From: Azolla caroliniana
Taxonomy: Eukaryota; Plantae; Polypodiophyta
Reading direction: 5' to 3'
Assembly: GCA_043228905.1 (NCBI GenBank)
Contig: JBHGNT010000007.1
Span: 6,510,001-6,574,000, forward strand
DNA: 64,000 bases
The position numbers and the translations under genes are program-made. The notes beneath the pieces were generated by a model. The model was given only the letters and a program-made list of their open reading frames with translations. It was not told the DNA's origin and did not search any database. The stretch's first letter is position 1. Each line of letters starts with the position of its first letter. Below are positions 1-10,685 of the stretch, one piece after another.

Positions 1-2441
1 GTCCTGTCGAGCTCCGCAAGGTGGTAAGTACCGTTGTCGTTTGCGCTCGTTATGGTGTACGGCCCGAACCACCTCCTCGCAAACTTTCGTGTCGCCTTGT
101 GTTGATTGTCGAGGTTGTTGTTGTAAACCAGCACCCAGTTGCCTTGCTCAATCTTCTTCGGCCGTAGCCAGTGCGTTCATTCAAAACGGCTCTTGTTCCT
201 CGCCCTCGCTGCATGCAGCTTCGCCTTAGCCCGTTCCACGTCCTCCGGTCTTCGCTCGAGTTGTCGAATCCACGCTACCAACAGCTCCTCCCGGCTCATC
301 TCGTCCTTCCAGTCCACCGCGGCCCAGGAAGAAATTGTCCACTCCGCTGACATGAACCCGGTCACCGAACTGTGCATAGTTCGGTCCGCCCATAGGGCGT
401 AAGGTAGGAGCCACGACCAACTCCCGATTTGTCCTTCACATGCGCGTATTAATGCTTTCACGCTCGGCCCGTGCCCGCACTCTACCTTCCCGTTTGCCTC
501 CGGATTGTACGCCGTAGTGAGAGAGAGTTTAACCCCTAATTGGTCGAACAACTCTTCGGCTTCCTGCACATCCAACTCACCCCGGTCAGCTACTATCTTT
601 CCTATGCACCCATACCGACATACCACCTCTTCGATCAAGAACCGGCACACGGCCGCGGTCGTCTTGTTCTATAGTGCGCGGCCCTCCACCTAATTTGTCA
701 AGTCGTCCCGCACAAGCACCAGGTACCGCATCTGCCCTACCCCCATCGGCATCATAACTAAGTCTACCATCCACTTGAAATGAACGGTCGGCAGGTAGGT
801 TCGGTGCAACTCGTCTCGATGTCGGATCGCGGAGTGCATCTAACACCTCTCGCACATTGTTACGAATCGGTGCATGTCCTGGCACAACCCCGGCCACTAG
901 TACTTCTCCTTCAGCTTCTCAAACATGCCCCATGTCCTGCGATGTTCGGCCTAGGGACTCTCGTGGTACGCCGTTAGTAACTTCACTCGCTCTTCCTTTC
1001 CTGCCACTACGCGGAGTGGGATGCCGCCTCGCTTCTTCGGGTGCCTCCATATGTTCCTGTCCCGTAGGAGGAATCCGTATGCCTTCTTCCGTATTTGGTT
1101 AGCTTCGTCTTTTGTCCATGTTGCGTCCAGCGTCATCGTCTTTAAGAACCTACCGATCTGGAGCCACTCCCTGTCATACTCGCCTTCGTTAAACTCGTTA
1201 GGCGCCAGAGTGCTCCTTGCCCTCATTGTCACGTAAGCCAACTCGAAGAAGTCCACGCCGACTTCTTCGTCCTTCAAAACCATGTTGTCCTCGTTGTCGT
1301 ACCGTGCTCTAGAAAGCATGTCGGCCATGGTGTTGTCTTTCTCGTAAATGTGCCGTATTTCCAGAATCAGGGACTTGATGTACGCAATCCACCTGAGCAT
1401 CGCCAGGTCCGGCGTCGCACATCCGGAAACCATACCAAGGATCGGTAGGCAGTTCGTCTCGATTATCACCTCCATCCCGATTAAGTAGTCTTTGTCAGCC
1501 TTAACTACCGAAATGATACCCCAGAGTTCGCGTTTAACTTGGGCACATCCTCGCTGCCGCTCACTCAACACTTTCGCTCCGAACCGGATGGGGAACCTCG
1601 TTTCACTCTCGTCCTCCTGGTTGACCACCCATCCTATCCCCGTTGGGCTCATGTCTACCGTAACGTAAATTGGGACGTCCTTGCCGTAAACCGCTTTCCG
1701 GAGCGCCGGTGCCGCGGTTAGTGCCTCCTTCAGTCTACGAACCGACTCTGCATGCTCCTCGCCCCACTCGAATTTATGCCCCTTCTTCAGCAACCCGTAG
1801 AACGGCTCCGCGACATGCGCGTAATGCGGAATCCAGATATGGTAGAATGCGCACGCGCCCAAGAACCTCTGCACCCTACGTAGCCGACTTGCATTCTTCC
1901 TTCAATGTGGAGATGGCTTCTACCTTTGCCGGAGACGGTTTTCGGCCGTAAGGCCTGCACAAGTGCCCGACCACTAGGATCTCCGACTGCCCCGAAAGCC
2001 GATTTCTCTCCGGAGAAGGTGAGCCACGCATTCTCAAGTCTTTGAAGCACCTTCTCGTAGTCTTCAATGTGGTCCACTACGAATCTTCGGCATCCGTTCG
2101 GCCCAACCGATTCATCGTTATCTTCCACCGGGCACCCCTTTATCGGGATGTCGTCCAAGAATGGCATGGTGACCCCTTATTCATTGCATTCACCATGTGC
2201 GCCACCGAGTTGGTCCCTCCTTGCGGTAGGGTACACGTCCGCACTAAGCCGAGAGGAGTCCGCATCGTCGTAATATCCCTGCACTCCATGGCTAGTTGGA
2301 ACTGATCGTACCCTGAGTACAAGTCACCGACCGAGTAGATCGACCTTCCGGCGAAGGCCTCCACGAACTCGTCAATGGTCAGTCCGATTCCTACGTTCGG
2401 AATGGTCACTTTATTGACCGGCTGCAGGTCCTAAATAAAGT
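1..2441 (-). pseudogene. Degenerate Phygy-like Ty3/gypsy pol fragment (RT-RNaseH-integrase); 5' part lost at the junction near 2441 and 3' part runs off the window
   Basis: ORFs 2140-2409, 1787-2167, 951-1874 and 177-650 align with the intact pol at 10686-14069 (PFLDD, VKRELWG, VADRGE, ANGKVE). Stops and frameshifts are present. Confidence 0.9.
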
Positions 2442-2714
2442 GTTTTGAGGGCATGTATAACTGCAAATAATTCCTTTTCTTGAATGGTATACCGACATTG
2501 AGCAGAATCAAGTTTCTTACTCTCGAATGTTATTGGTTTACCATCTTGATATAAGACAACACCTATAGCATAATTGCTTGCATCGGTTTCAACCTCAAAA
2601 GGTTTTGAAGGATCAGGTAAAAGAAGTGAAGGAGCCTTGCATACCAGGTCCTTGAGTTCCTTAAAGGCGAGGTCTAATGTAACATTCCAGACAATAGGTT
2701 TTGTACACTTATGC

Positions 2715-3654
2715 TGTCGTGAAGAATGTGCTTCACGATATAAAAATGAGCTTAAATGTTGTATTTAATAATATTTGAGAGACTTGAACCCACATCCTTA
2801 TATACGAAGTACAATGTACATACCACTAGGCTAGGCTATTTATTTGTAAAAGTGTGTAATAATTGTGCTTCATGATATAAGAATGAAGCTATATATTGTA
2901 TTAAGTAAAATTGAGAGATTTGAACTCTCAACCTTGTATGCCAAACACAAAGTATACACCACTAAGCTAGGTTAGTTATTTTAGAATGCATTTTCATCAT
3001 TATACTTATCCCATATCTATTTTCATACATGGGAGCTCAGCATGATGGCTACCATGCATCACGTGCAATACATGTGCGCCAAATGGCGATCATGCATTAC
3101 ATGTAACTCATGCATTGCATGCATGCCATGCTCCCATACATTACCATATGCATGGCAACACTTATATAAAGAGGGGCAAGGAAAACAAGAGGGAAGGAAT
3201 CAAGAGAGAGTGAGAAAATAATACAATCAATTAAAGAAGACTAGCTCATTGGGTGGAGAACCTCTCGTTTCGAAGTTGAGGTCGTGGGTTCAAATCAAGG
3301 GTCGGTAGAGAATGTGTTCAGTTTGCGATCAAGGATTGTAAAGTTGGTAAAATATTGTCTTTCTAATATACATCATGTTTATATCAAATGCTCTTGCTTC
3401 TTGATTCATACTTTGTCTCAATCTTCCTTATTAAATCATATTTTGTCTCTATCTTGCTTCTTGAATCATATATTGTCTCTATCTTCTATCTATTCTCATC
3501 TCTCTCTCACACACACATTACTCGTAACTCTTCTTCTTGCTACTCTTAACCTTTCTAACATCACCATACAAGCCTTATTAAAATTTAAGTTCCTTCAACT
3601 CCCCTTAACCTTCGTCCCTACGACTTCGCCGCACGAACCACAACTACCCCGACA
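2715..3654 (+). mobile_element. Solo LTR (940 bp) with Phygy-type termini
   Basis: TGTCGTG...CCCCGACA ends; 4-bp TSD ATGC/ACGC; removing it restores the host frame (KGQTR|KCTKPIVW); TATA-like cttatataaag near 3162. Confidence 0.85.
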
Positions 3655-4631
3655 ACGCGTTTGACCTTTTAGAAGATCAGTAAATGGCGTCGTCAATTGG
3701 GAGTAATTACGAAGGGATTTTCACAAAAACTCGACAAAACCAAGGAATGATCGAACTTCTCGAATATTCCGAAGAGTGGGCCAAAGCTTGATTTTCTCGA
3801 TGTGAGAATGATCAATTTTAACTCCTCGTTCAGTTATGAGATGTCCAAGATAAGTAATTGATGTCTTGAAGAACTCACATTTTGAGATCTTCGTATAAAA
3901 TTGTTTGTCACACAATGTTTGTAAAACAAAGCGGACATGTTTAGCATGTTCTTCTAATGTACGGCTATAAACTAAAATATCATCCAAGAAAAAAACGACA
4001 AATTTTCCAAGCTGTTCTCGGAAAATGTCATTCATTTCTTGTTGAAATGTAGCCGGAGCATTGGTCAAACCAAAAGGCATAACCAAATACTCATAATAGC
4101 CATAGCACGTACGAAATGTTGTTTTAGGAACATCGTCCTCACTTATACGAATTTGATGGTAGCCAGTACGGAGATCAAGTTTCGTAAAATACCGAGCTCC
4201 CTAGAGACGGTCAATTAGATCGTTAGCCCGGGGCAATGGATACGAATTCTTGATCGTCACTTTATTCAAGCGTCGGTAATTAATACACGTACGCCATGTG
4301 CCCTCTTTCTTTTTTCAACCAAGAGAACTAGTGCACCCCATGGAGATTTACAATAACGTATATAACCCATTCGTAAATAGTCCTTGAGTTGCTTATATAC
4401 CTCATCCTCTTCGGATCGACTTAAGCGATAAGGAGGTATACTTATTGGTGCAACACAAGGTACAATATCTATAGGATGGTCTATATTACGTTTAGGAGGT
4501 AACCCATCTGGTAGTTCACTTGGAAAAACATCACGAAAATCATTTAAGATTTCATCAAGTTGTTGTTCAAAATAAGTTAATTGAACCGAGACATTATTGA
4601 TATTGTAAACGTGAATGTCCGGATCAAGTAT

Positions 4632-4720
4632 TGTCAAGAATAGTACTAAAGCAAAGAGGGAATTAGTACTAAAGAAGAGAAGTACTATTAGTACTAAGAG
4701 GACGGGACTGCGTAAGATTC

Positions 4721-4802
<82 letters not shown>

Positions 4803-5132
4803 AGAAGAGAGATAGCGAGGAAGAGAGAGAGAGAGACGATGATAACAACTAATATATTATGTGAAGGATAAGTACAAAATGGCTAAGAGGCTTAAGACTA
4901 GCGTTGAACCAATTTGGTTCAACATAATGCCTAGTGCCTTCTTTTATAGTGTTCTCAGGAGTAATCCTTAAGCTTCTAGAATGTTCAAGAGAAATCTAGA
5001 ATATACATTAATTTCCTATAATAAAACTTAAATGAAAATAATATCCTACGTATTACAATAGATGGTATAATGGCCAAGAGCTCGACCCATATAACATAAG
5101 GTCATGGGTTCGAGTCTTGTCATATCATGGCA
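4632..5132 (-). repeat. 3' LTR of the Tcn1-like element, containing a (GA)n tract
   Basis: Near-identical to 16656-17124 apart from (GA)n length and scattered substitutions; TG...CA ends. Confidence 0.9.
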
Positions 5133-7717
5133 CTATCTCCCCCTGAAGGCGACAAGTGGAACGAGTCGACACTGATTGCGGACCGGGTTTGTCCGGATAC
5201 TTTCGATGGAACTCAGCAAGAAGATCCTAAGCATTGGCGACATGCTCGACGGGTTCCCAATTACGTTCACTCGGACTATAGCCGAGCCAATCGACCAAAT
5301 AATAAAGTTTGTTGCAAACAAATTTGGAGTTGAGGATGGCAGCAACTTCATACTCCGGGCCGACGTCTAACTCAAGCGGGGGCGACGATGGTGTAACACG
5401 ATTGGGAAGAGTGTTTGCTTTATAAGGTTCAAGAAGAGAACTATGGAAGACATTATTATACGCAAACTCCGCAAACTGGAGAATCTCGGCCCAATCGTCC
5501 TGTTGATAACTCAGGAAACATAGGAGATATTGCTTCAGCGTTTGGTTTGTTCGTTCTGCCCGCCCATCGATCTGAGGATGGTAGTCGGAGGAGAGGTTGC
5601 AAGAGACCTTGAGCATCTTGAAGAGATGCTGCCAAAATTTGGAGACAAATTGCGGTCCTCGGTCACTGATGATACTGTCTGGGAGGTCATGATGCCGAAA
5701 TACCTCACGCATGACAAGGGCGGCGGTTTCCTCTCTAGTGATGGCCTTAGTACACGGCACAAAATGTGCCATCTTCATATATCGATCGACGACGGTTAAG
5801 ATAGCATCGAACCCCTTCGAGACCGGCAGATCTGTGATAAAATCAAGACAAATAGACTGTCACGGCTTTCTTGGAATCAGTAAGGGTTCCAACAAGCCAT
5901 ATGGATGGTGTCGTGGCATCTTTGCTCGGCAGCAAGCATCACAGGTCTGAACGGAGTCATTGACAAAACGTCGCATATGGGGCCACCCAAAGGATCGTTG
6001 AACTAGATCCAACATCTTAGTGCTATCGAAATGTCCCACCATATGGGTGTTGTGACAACTTTGGACGATTTGAAGGCGACAGGAGCAATCGGGGACATAT
6101 ACAAGCTTTTTAAAGAATAACAAACCATCATGATATTCGAATTGTCGGTAATCCATACCTGGTTGCTAAGACTGGGAACATGATGCCCAAGAGGTATTAA
6201 TGTGCGCCAGAATGTCTTGAGCAAAATTGTTCGTCTTCAAATTCGCACGTATGGTGCCGATAATCTGGGAATCCATTGGGGTGTGAAAAATCCGCGTTGT
6301 GTGCAATCGTGTTGGTTCCAAGATTACTTGCTTTTGATTATCGAATGTGGGATCACCAGGATGAGGTGCAAGATATGAACGTCATGATAGTGCATCTGCC
6401 TTTCCTTGCTGCTTCCCCGGTCGATATGCGATTTTGAAATCAAAATGTGTGAGGAATTGAGCCCACCTAGCTTGTCGTCGATTTAGCACACGAGCGTTCT
6501 GGAAATTAGAAAGATTCTTGTGATCACTGAAGATGATGACCTGATGTGGAGAGCCCTCCAAAAAATGCCGACATTGCACAAATGAATCCACGATTGCTAA
6601 TAACTCCTTGTCATGTATTTCGTAGTTGATTTCCGCAGCATCGAATTTGCGCGAATGGAAAGCCACAAGATGTGACTCTTCTTTATCTCCTTGTTGAGAA
6701 AGGATGCTACCGACGGCGAAATCTGATGCGTCGGCCTCCATGATGAATGGTTTGCTTGTATCCACATGGGCTAGAATAGGTGCTGATGTAAAGGCTTTCT
6801 TAAGATGCCGAAAAGCCATGTCCGCTTCATTGGACCAAAGAAATGCTTGTCCCTTCTTTGTAAGTTGTGTGAGAGGTAAAATAATCTTCGAGTAATCCTG
6901 TATAAACTTGCGGTAGTTGTTAGCAAAACCTAGAAAACATTGTATATCTCATACTGGCCGTGGAATTTGCCACTCTAGCACAGTTTGGACTTTAGCTGGA
7001 TCCATGGCCTAGAAATTCCACTTGCTTGCAGTCGAAGCTACATTTTTCTAGCTTGGCATAAAGACCATTCTCGCGGAGTCGGTTTAGTACTAATAGTACA
7101 TGAGAATCGTGCTCCTCCTAGGTCTTCGAATAAATCAGTAGATCATCCAGATAGATGATCAAACCGATATCCAAGAGGTCTCTAAATATATCATTTCCCA
7201 TGTGTTGGAAGACTGCAGGTGCATTGGTTAGACCGAACGGCATAACAGTATATTCAAAATGCCCATACCACGTGCGAAAGGCGGTCTTCCATTCATCTCC
7301 CGGTCAGATCCCCACGAGGTTATACGCTCCTCGTAGATCGATTTTTGTAAAAAACTTGACAGCATTAACTCGCTCTAAAAGACTTGATATAAGAGGAAGT
7401 GCATACCTATTCCGGATGGTGACCTTATTTAAGCCGCGGTAATCAACAACAAGACGAAGTGAGCCATCTTTCTTCTTGACAAAGAAGATGGGTGCTCCGG
7501 CCGGAGATTTCGAATGACGAATAAACCCGCTTGCCAAGTTCTCCTCTATGTAGGCTCAAAGGACTTCTAACTCGGTGGGTGACAAGTTGTAGATTGGTCC
7601 CCATGGTGGCTCTGCTCCTGGTTGTAAATTGTAGGGACAATCATAGGGACGATGATGAGGAAGAGTACTGGCTTTTACCTTGTCAAATACGTCGGCATAA
7701 GGATGATATTTCACCGG

Positions 7718-8411
7718 TGTCGTGAAGAAAACCGCCCACAAGGGGAATCGGAGGAACAAGGCGTGGTAAACGGCTCTACACACACACGAGCGCCAAGAAG
7801 TACCTAAGGACGAAGTAGGTACATACGAGGATCCTAGGTGGGTAGATTCGGTTGGTATGCAGTTAATGCCAAACGGCCTCTTGACGGGCTATAAAAGGAA
7901 GAGGGAGAATAGAAGTGGGGTATCTCGCACGGAGAGGACGAAGTGCTGCCGAACCGATTTCGGGGCCTCTCTCTCACTCCCGCTTTCTCTGTCTTCTGCT
8001 CCATCGCGTACCTGTGCAGGTTTGGAGGAGGCTTGCGCTGTTCCGTGGAACGCCCCGAGTGCGTCCTGCAGCTCCTCCGACCTGTTTTCCCTTTCTGTGC
8101 GTCGCGACATACAGGGGTCGGCATCTGTTCGCCGCCCTGTTCGTTTCGCTAGTATCTATTTCGTGCCCCACCGTGGGTTGTAATACTTTAGTCTGTTATT
8201 TTCTTGCATTCATAAGTACATATCTTTCGTTGTTGCGTCCATTTGCGTCGGCGTTTATTTGTGATCTCTGTTTGTTGGGCCGTGTCCCTGTGCAATCTTC
8301 GGTTCTGTGTAATCGGGTCTCTCTCTCTTACTCCTCTCTCTCTTGCTCTTCGGTCCGAGACCCCCGTGGTCCCTCCTCCTTTCTGCACGCAAGGGCGTAG
8401 CAACCCCGACA
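7718..8411 (+). repeat. 5' LTR
   Basis: TGTCG...CGACA ends; TATAAAA at 7890-7896. Confidence 0.97.
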
Positions 8412-8414
8412 TCT

Positions 8415-8432
8415 TGGTGAACCCGACGTGAA
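8415..8432 (+). promoter_or_regulatory. Primer binding site, tRNA-Trp
   Basis: TGGTGAACCCGACGTGAA is the reverse complement of the 3' end of plant cytosolic tRNA-Trp as I recall it (...TTCACGTCGGGTTCACCA). Confidence 0.85.
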
Positions 8433-10581
8433 AGAGGCGGCAGAAGAGCAGAAGATGAGGGGGTCGGATCTCGCAGAGGCCATGGCTTCGGCCGTGGATC
8501 GCATTGTAAACGCGTGCGAGATCACCGGTGCCCTCGACAGAGCTATTGAGGCGGTCGTCGGCACGATCGGCCGGTTCGATGGGAAGGATGCCACGAAGTA
8601 TTTGGCGTCCTACGGTGCAGAGATGCTGATGCGGGACATTCCGGAAGAAAGGCGTCTTGCCGGATTTCCCCGAGTGGCGATGCCGAGCATCCATGCGGAG
8701 GTGCTCGAGGTGCGGACGGAGAGCCGTACCTGGGAGGAGTTCGAAGGTCGGCTCCTAGAGAAATACGGGCTGGACGACGCGCTCCGGCTTTCGAAGCGAA
8801 GGTTCATGGATTGGGTGGAGTCCCCGGGGAAGGGAAGAAACGCGTCGGCGCTCCTCCGGGAGTTCGAGGAAAACTTTGCGCGCCTTTCGGCGCTCGACCG
8901 AACCATCCTGGACACGAGCCGGGTCTTGCTGTTTGTCAAGTCGGTCGACGAACGGGATCGGGAGCACGTGGGCCTCTTGCTGGAAACCGAAGACGGGCTC
9001 ACTACGGACTGGGCGGCTGTCAGGAAGGTCTGTGGCCGTTTCGACAAACGGCGAGAATGGGCGGATAACGGTGCAACCGGGTCGGGCTCGGTCGCAGCAA
9101 GGAAGCTCGATCCAGCGCCACAGGTGCGAAAGGAAGAGACCCGAGAGTGGTTGGATACCGGTTCGGCTTCGACCGGCGTAGTCAGAGGCTCAACCGGAGG
9201 AGCGGCGCTGGAGGAATTGACGAAGGCGATAAAGGACCTCCAAATCGCGCAGGCCCGAAGGGAAGGAGGCGAACCGGCTCGTGACCGACGGCCGGCGGCA
9301 GGAAACAGGTGCATGTGGTGCGATGAAGTCGGCCACATTCGGAAGGACTGCGGCGACTTCGCGGAGGCGCTGAGGAACAGGGTGGTGTACCTGTGGGAAG
9401 GACGGGTGCATGCCAGCGACACCCGAAGGGCCCTGAGCCGAAACGACGGAAAGGGTGGTATGAAAAGGTTGATGGAAGAGGCGGCGGCCCGACACGCGGA
9501 AACCGTCCACTACTCGGCGTCGGCCGGCATTCGAGTCGGGGGCGGCGAGGCCCGAAGGGAAAGCAAAGCCGGATTCTGGCCGACGATGCTGGAAGGCCTT
9601 GCCGGTGCAAGGCTTAAAGGGGAGGAATCGGACCGTGCGGAGAAACGGGTACGGGAGATGACCGGGTGGAGCGACCCGGTCGAGGAAAAGACGGGCTTCG
9701 TGGAAGCCGCTTGCCGGAACTACGAGGCTCTGGTAGAAGAGAAGCGGGTGGGGAAACCCGGGACGACCGGGCCCTCACAACGATACGAGACCCGGTCCGG
9801 GCCACGACGGGACGAAGCCGGCGGGGCCGGTACGCAAGATAAACCCCAGAAGGGCGGGTACCGTCTGGGGACGGAGATAGAAAGAACCACGGACTTACGA
9901 AAGGTCCTGGAGGAACGGATCCTCGACAGCAAGGTGGAGCTGTCGCTACGGGAGGTGCTGGGAATCGCCAAGAAGGAGTTCCACGACTCCATCGTGGACT
10001 TGGTGAAACGGAAGAGGCTGTCAGCGGAGACAGAACCGGAAAGACCGGTGGAAGTGCGGACGACGCACCTAGACGACATGGCGCTGGGAGACGAGTGGGC
10101 GGAAAGCCACTATTCGAGACCGCACTGGGCCCGAGCGACCACGGAAACCCCGGTGAAGATCGGCGATGTCCAGGAACCGGTGATAGCTTTGGTAGACCAC
10201 GGATCGGAGATCAATTTGATGTCCATGGACTTCTATAAGAAGGGCAAATGGCCGATCAACACCAAGCACGGGTGGAAAATAAGGGCAGCAACGCGCGCCA
10301 CCGAGGAACTGCACGGGGCCTGTCCGAATGTGCGAGTCAAGATCGGCGACGTCGAGATTGACCAGCACTTCTTCGTGCAGGAGACGTCTTCGCATCCGGT
10401 CATACTGGGAGAGCCGTACATCACGGCGGCGCGAATGGAAACCAAGGTGCTGGACAATGGTTCGGCCTATGCGCGGGTCAAGAGCCAAGACGGGCGCCAT
10501 TCGGTCCAGTTTTTGACGGTTAGGCCGAACCACGAGCGTAACCGCGACTCCCTCGGTTCCGATAACCGAGAGGATTTTTAG
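8428..10581 (+). CDS. gag: Gag-protease polyprotein (ORF1); first ATG at 8455
   Basis: CMWCDEVGHIRKDC zinc knuckle; aspartic protease ALVDHGSEINLM...VILGEPY. Confidence 0.9.
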   Translation: MKEAAEEQKMRGSDLAEAMASAVDRIVNACEITGALDRAIEAVVGTIGRFDGKDATKYLASYGAEMLMRDIPEERRLAGFPRVAMPSIHAEVLEVRTESRTWEEFEGRLLEKYGLDDALRLSKRRFMDWVESPGKGRNASALLREFEENFARLSALDRTILDTSRVLLFVKSVDERDREHVGLLLETEDGLTTDWAAVRKVCGRFDKRREWADNGATGSGSVAARKLDPAPQVRKEETREWLDTGSASTGVVRGSTGGAALEELTKAIKDLQIAQARREGGEPARDRRPAAGNRCMWCDEVGHIRKDCGDFAEALRNRVVYLWEGRVHASDTRRALSRNDGKGGMKRLMEEAAARHAETVHYSASAGIRVGGGEARRESKAGFWPTMLEGLAGARLKGEESDRAEKRVREMTGWSDPVEEKTGFVEAACRNYEALVEEKRVGKPGTTGPSQRYETRSGPRRDEAGGAGTQDKPQKGGYRLGTEIERTTDLRKVLEERILDSKVELSLREVLGIAKKEFHDSIVDLVKRKRLSAETEPERPVEVRTTHLDDMALGDEWAESHYSRPHWARATTETPVKIGDVQEPVIALVDHGSEINLMSMDFYKKGKWPINTKHGWKIRAATRATEELHGACPNVRVKIGDVEIDQHFFVQETSSHPVILGEPYITAARMETKVLDNGSAYARVKSQDGRHSVQFLTVRPNHERNRDSLGSDNREDF

Positions 10582-10637
10582 AGAGGGCTGCCAAGGCGTG
10601 GGGCCGCGACAGTCCGGACACCCCGGGAAAACCCCAC
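10572..10637 (+). promoter_or_regulatory. Putative -1 frameshift signal: G_GAU_UUU plus H-type pseudoknot
   Basis: Heptamer at 10572-10578 immediately before the gag stop; 6-nt spacer; stem 1 10585-92/10608-15; stem 2 10598-603/10632-37; the -1 frame is open into pol. Confidence 0.8.
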
Positions 10638-10685
10638 ACCTGTACGATAAAACCAAAGAAACCTTGTACCATAGGTAGGGAATTT

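Noticed and set aside
4615-4815. ORF with a poly-(RE) run
   Set aside because: It is the translation of the (GA)n microsatellite inside an LTR.
2775-5128. Calling the A/B-box modules real tRNA genes
   Set aside because: Acceptor and anticodon stems do not pair convincingly, so they are reported only as tRNA-like modules.
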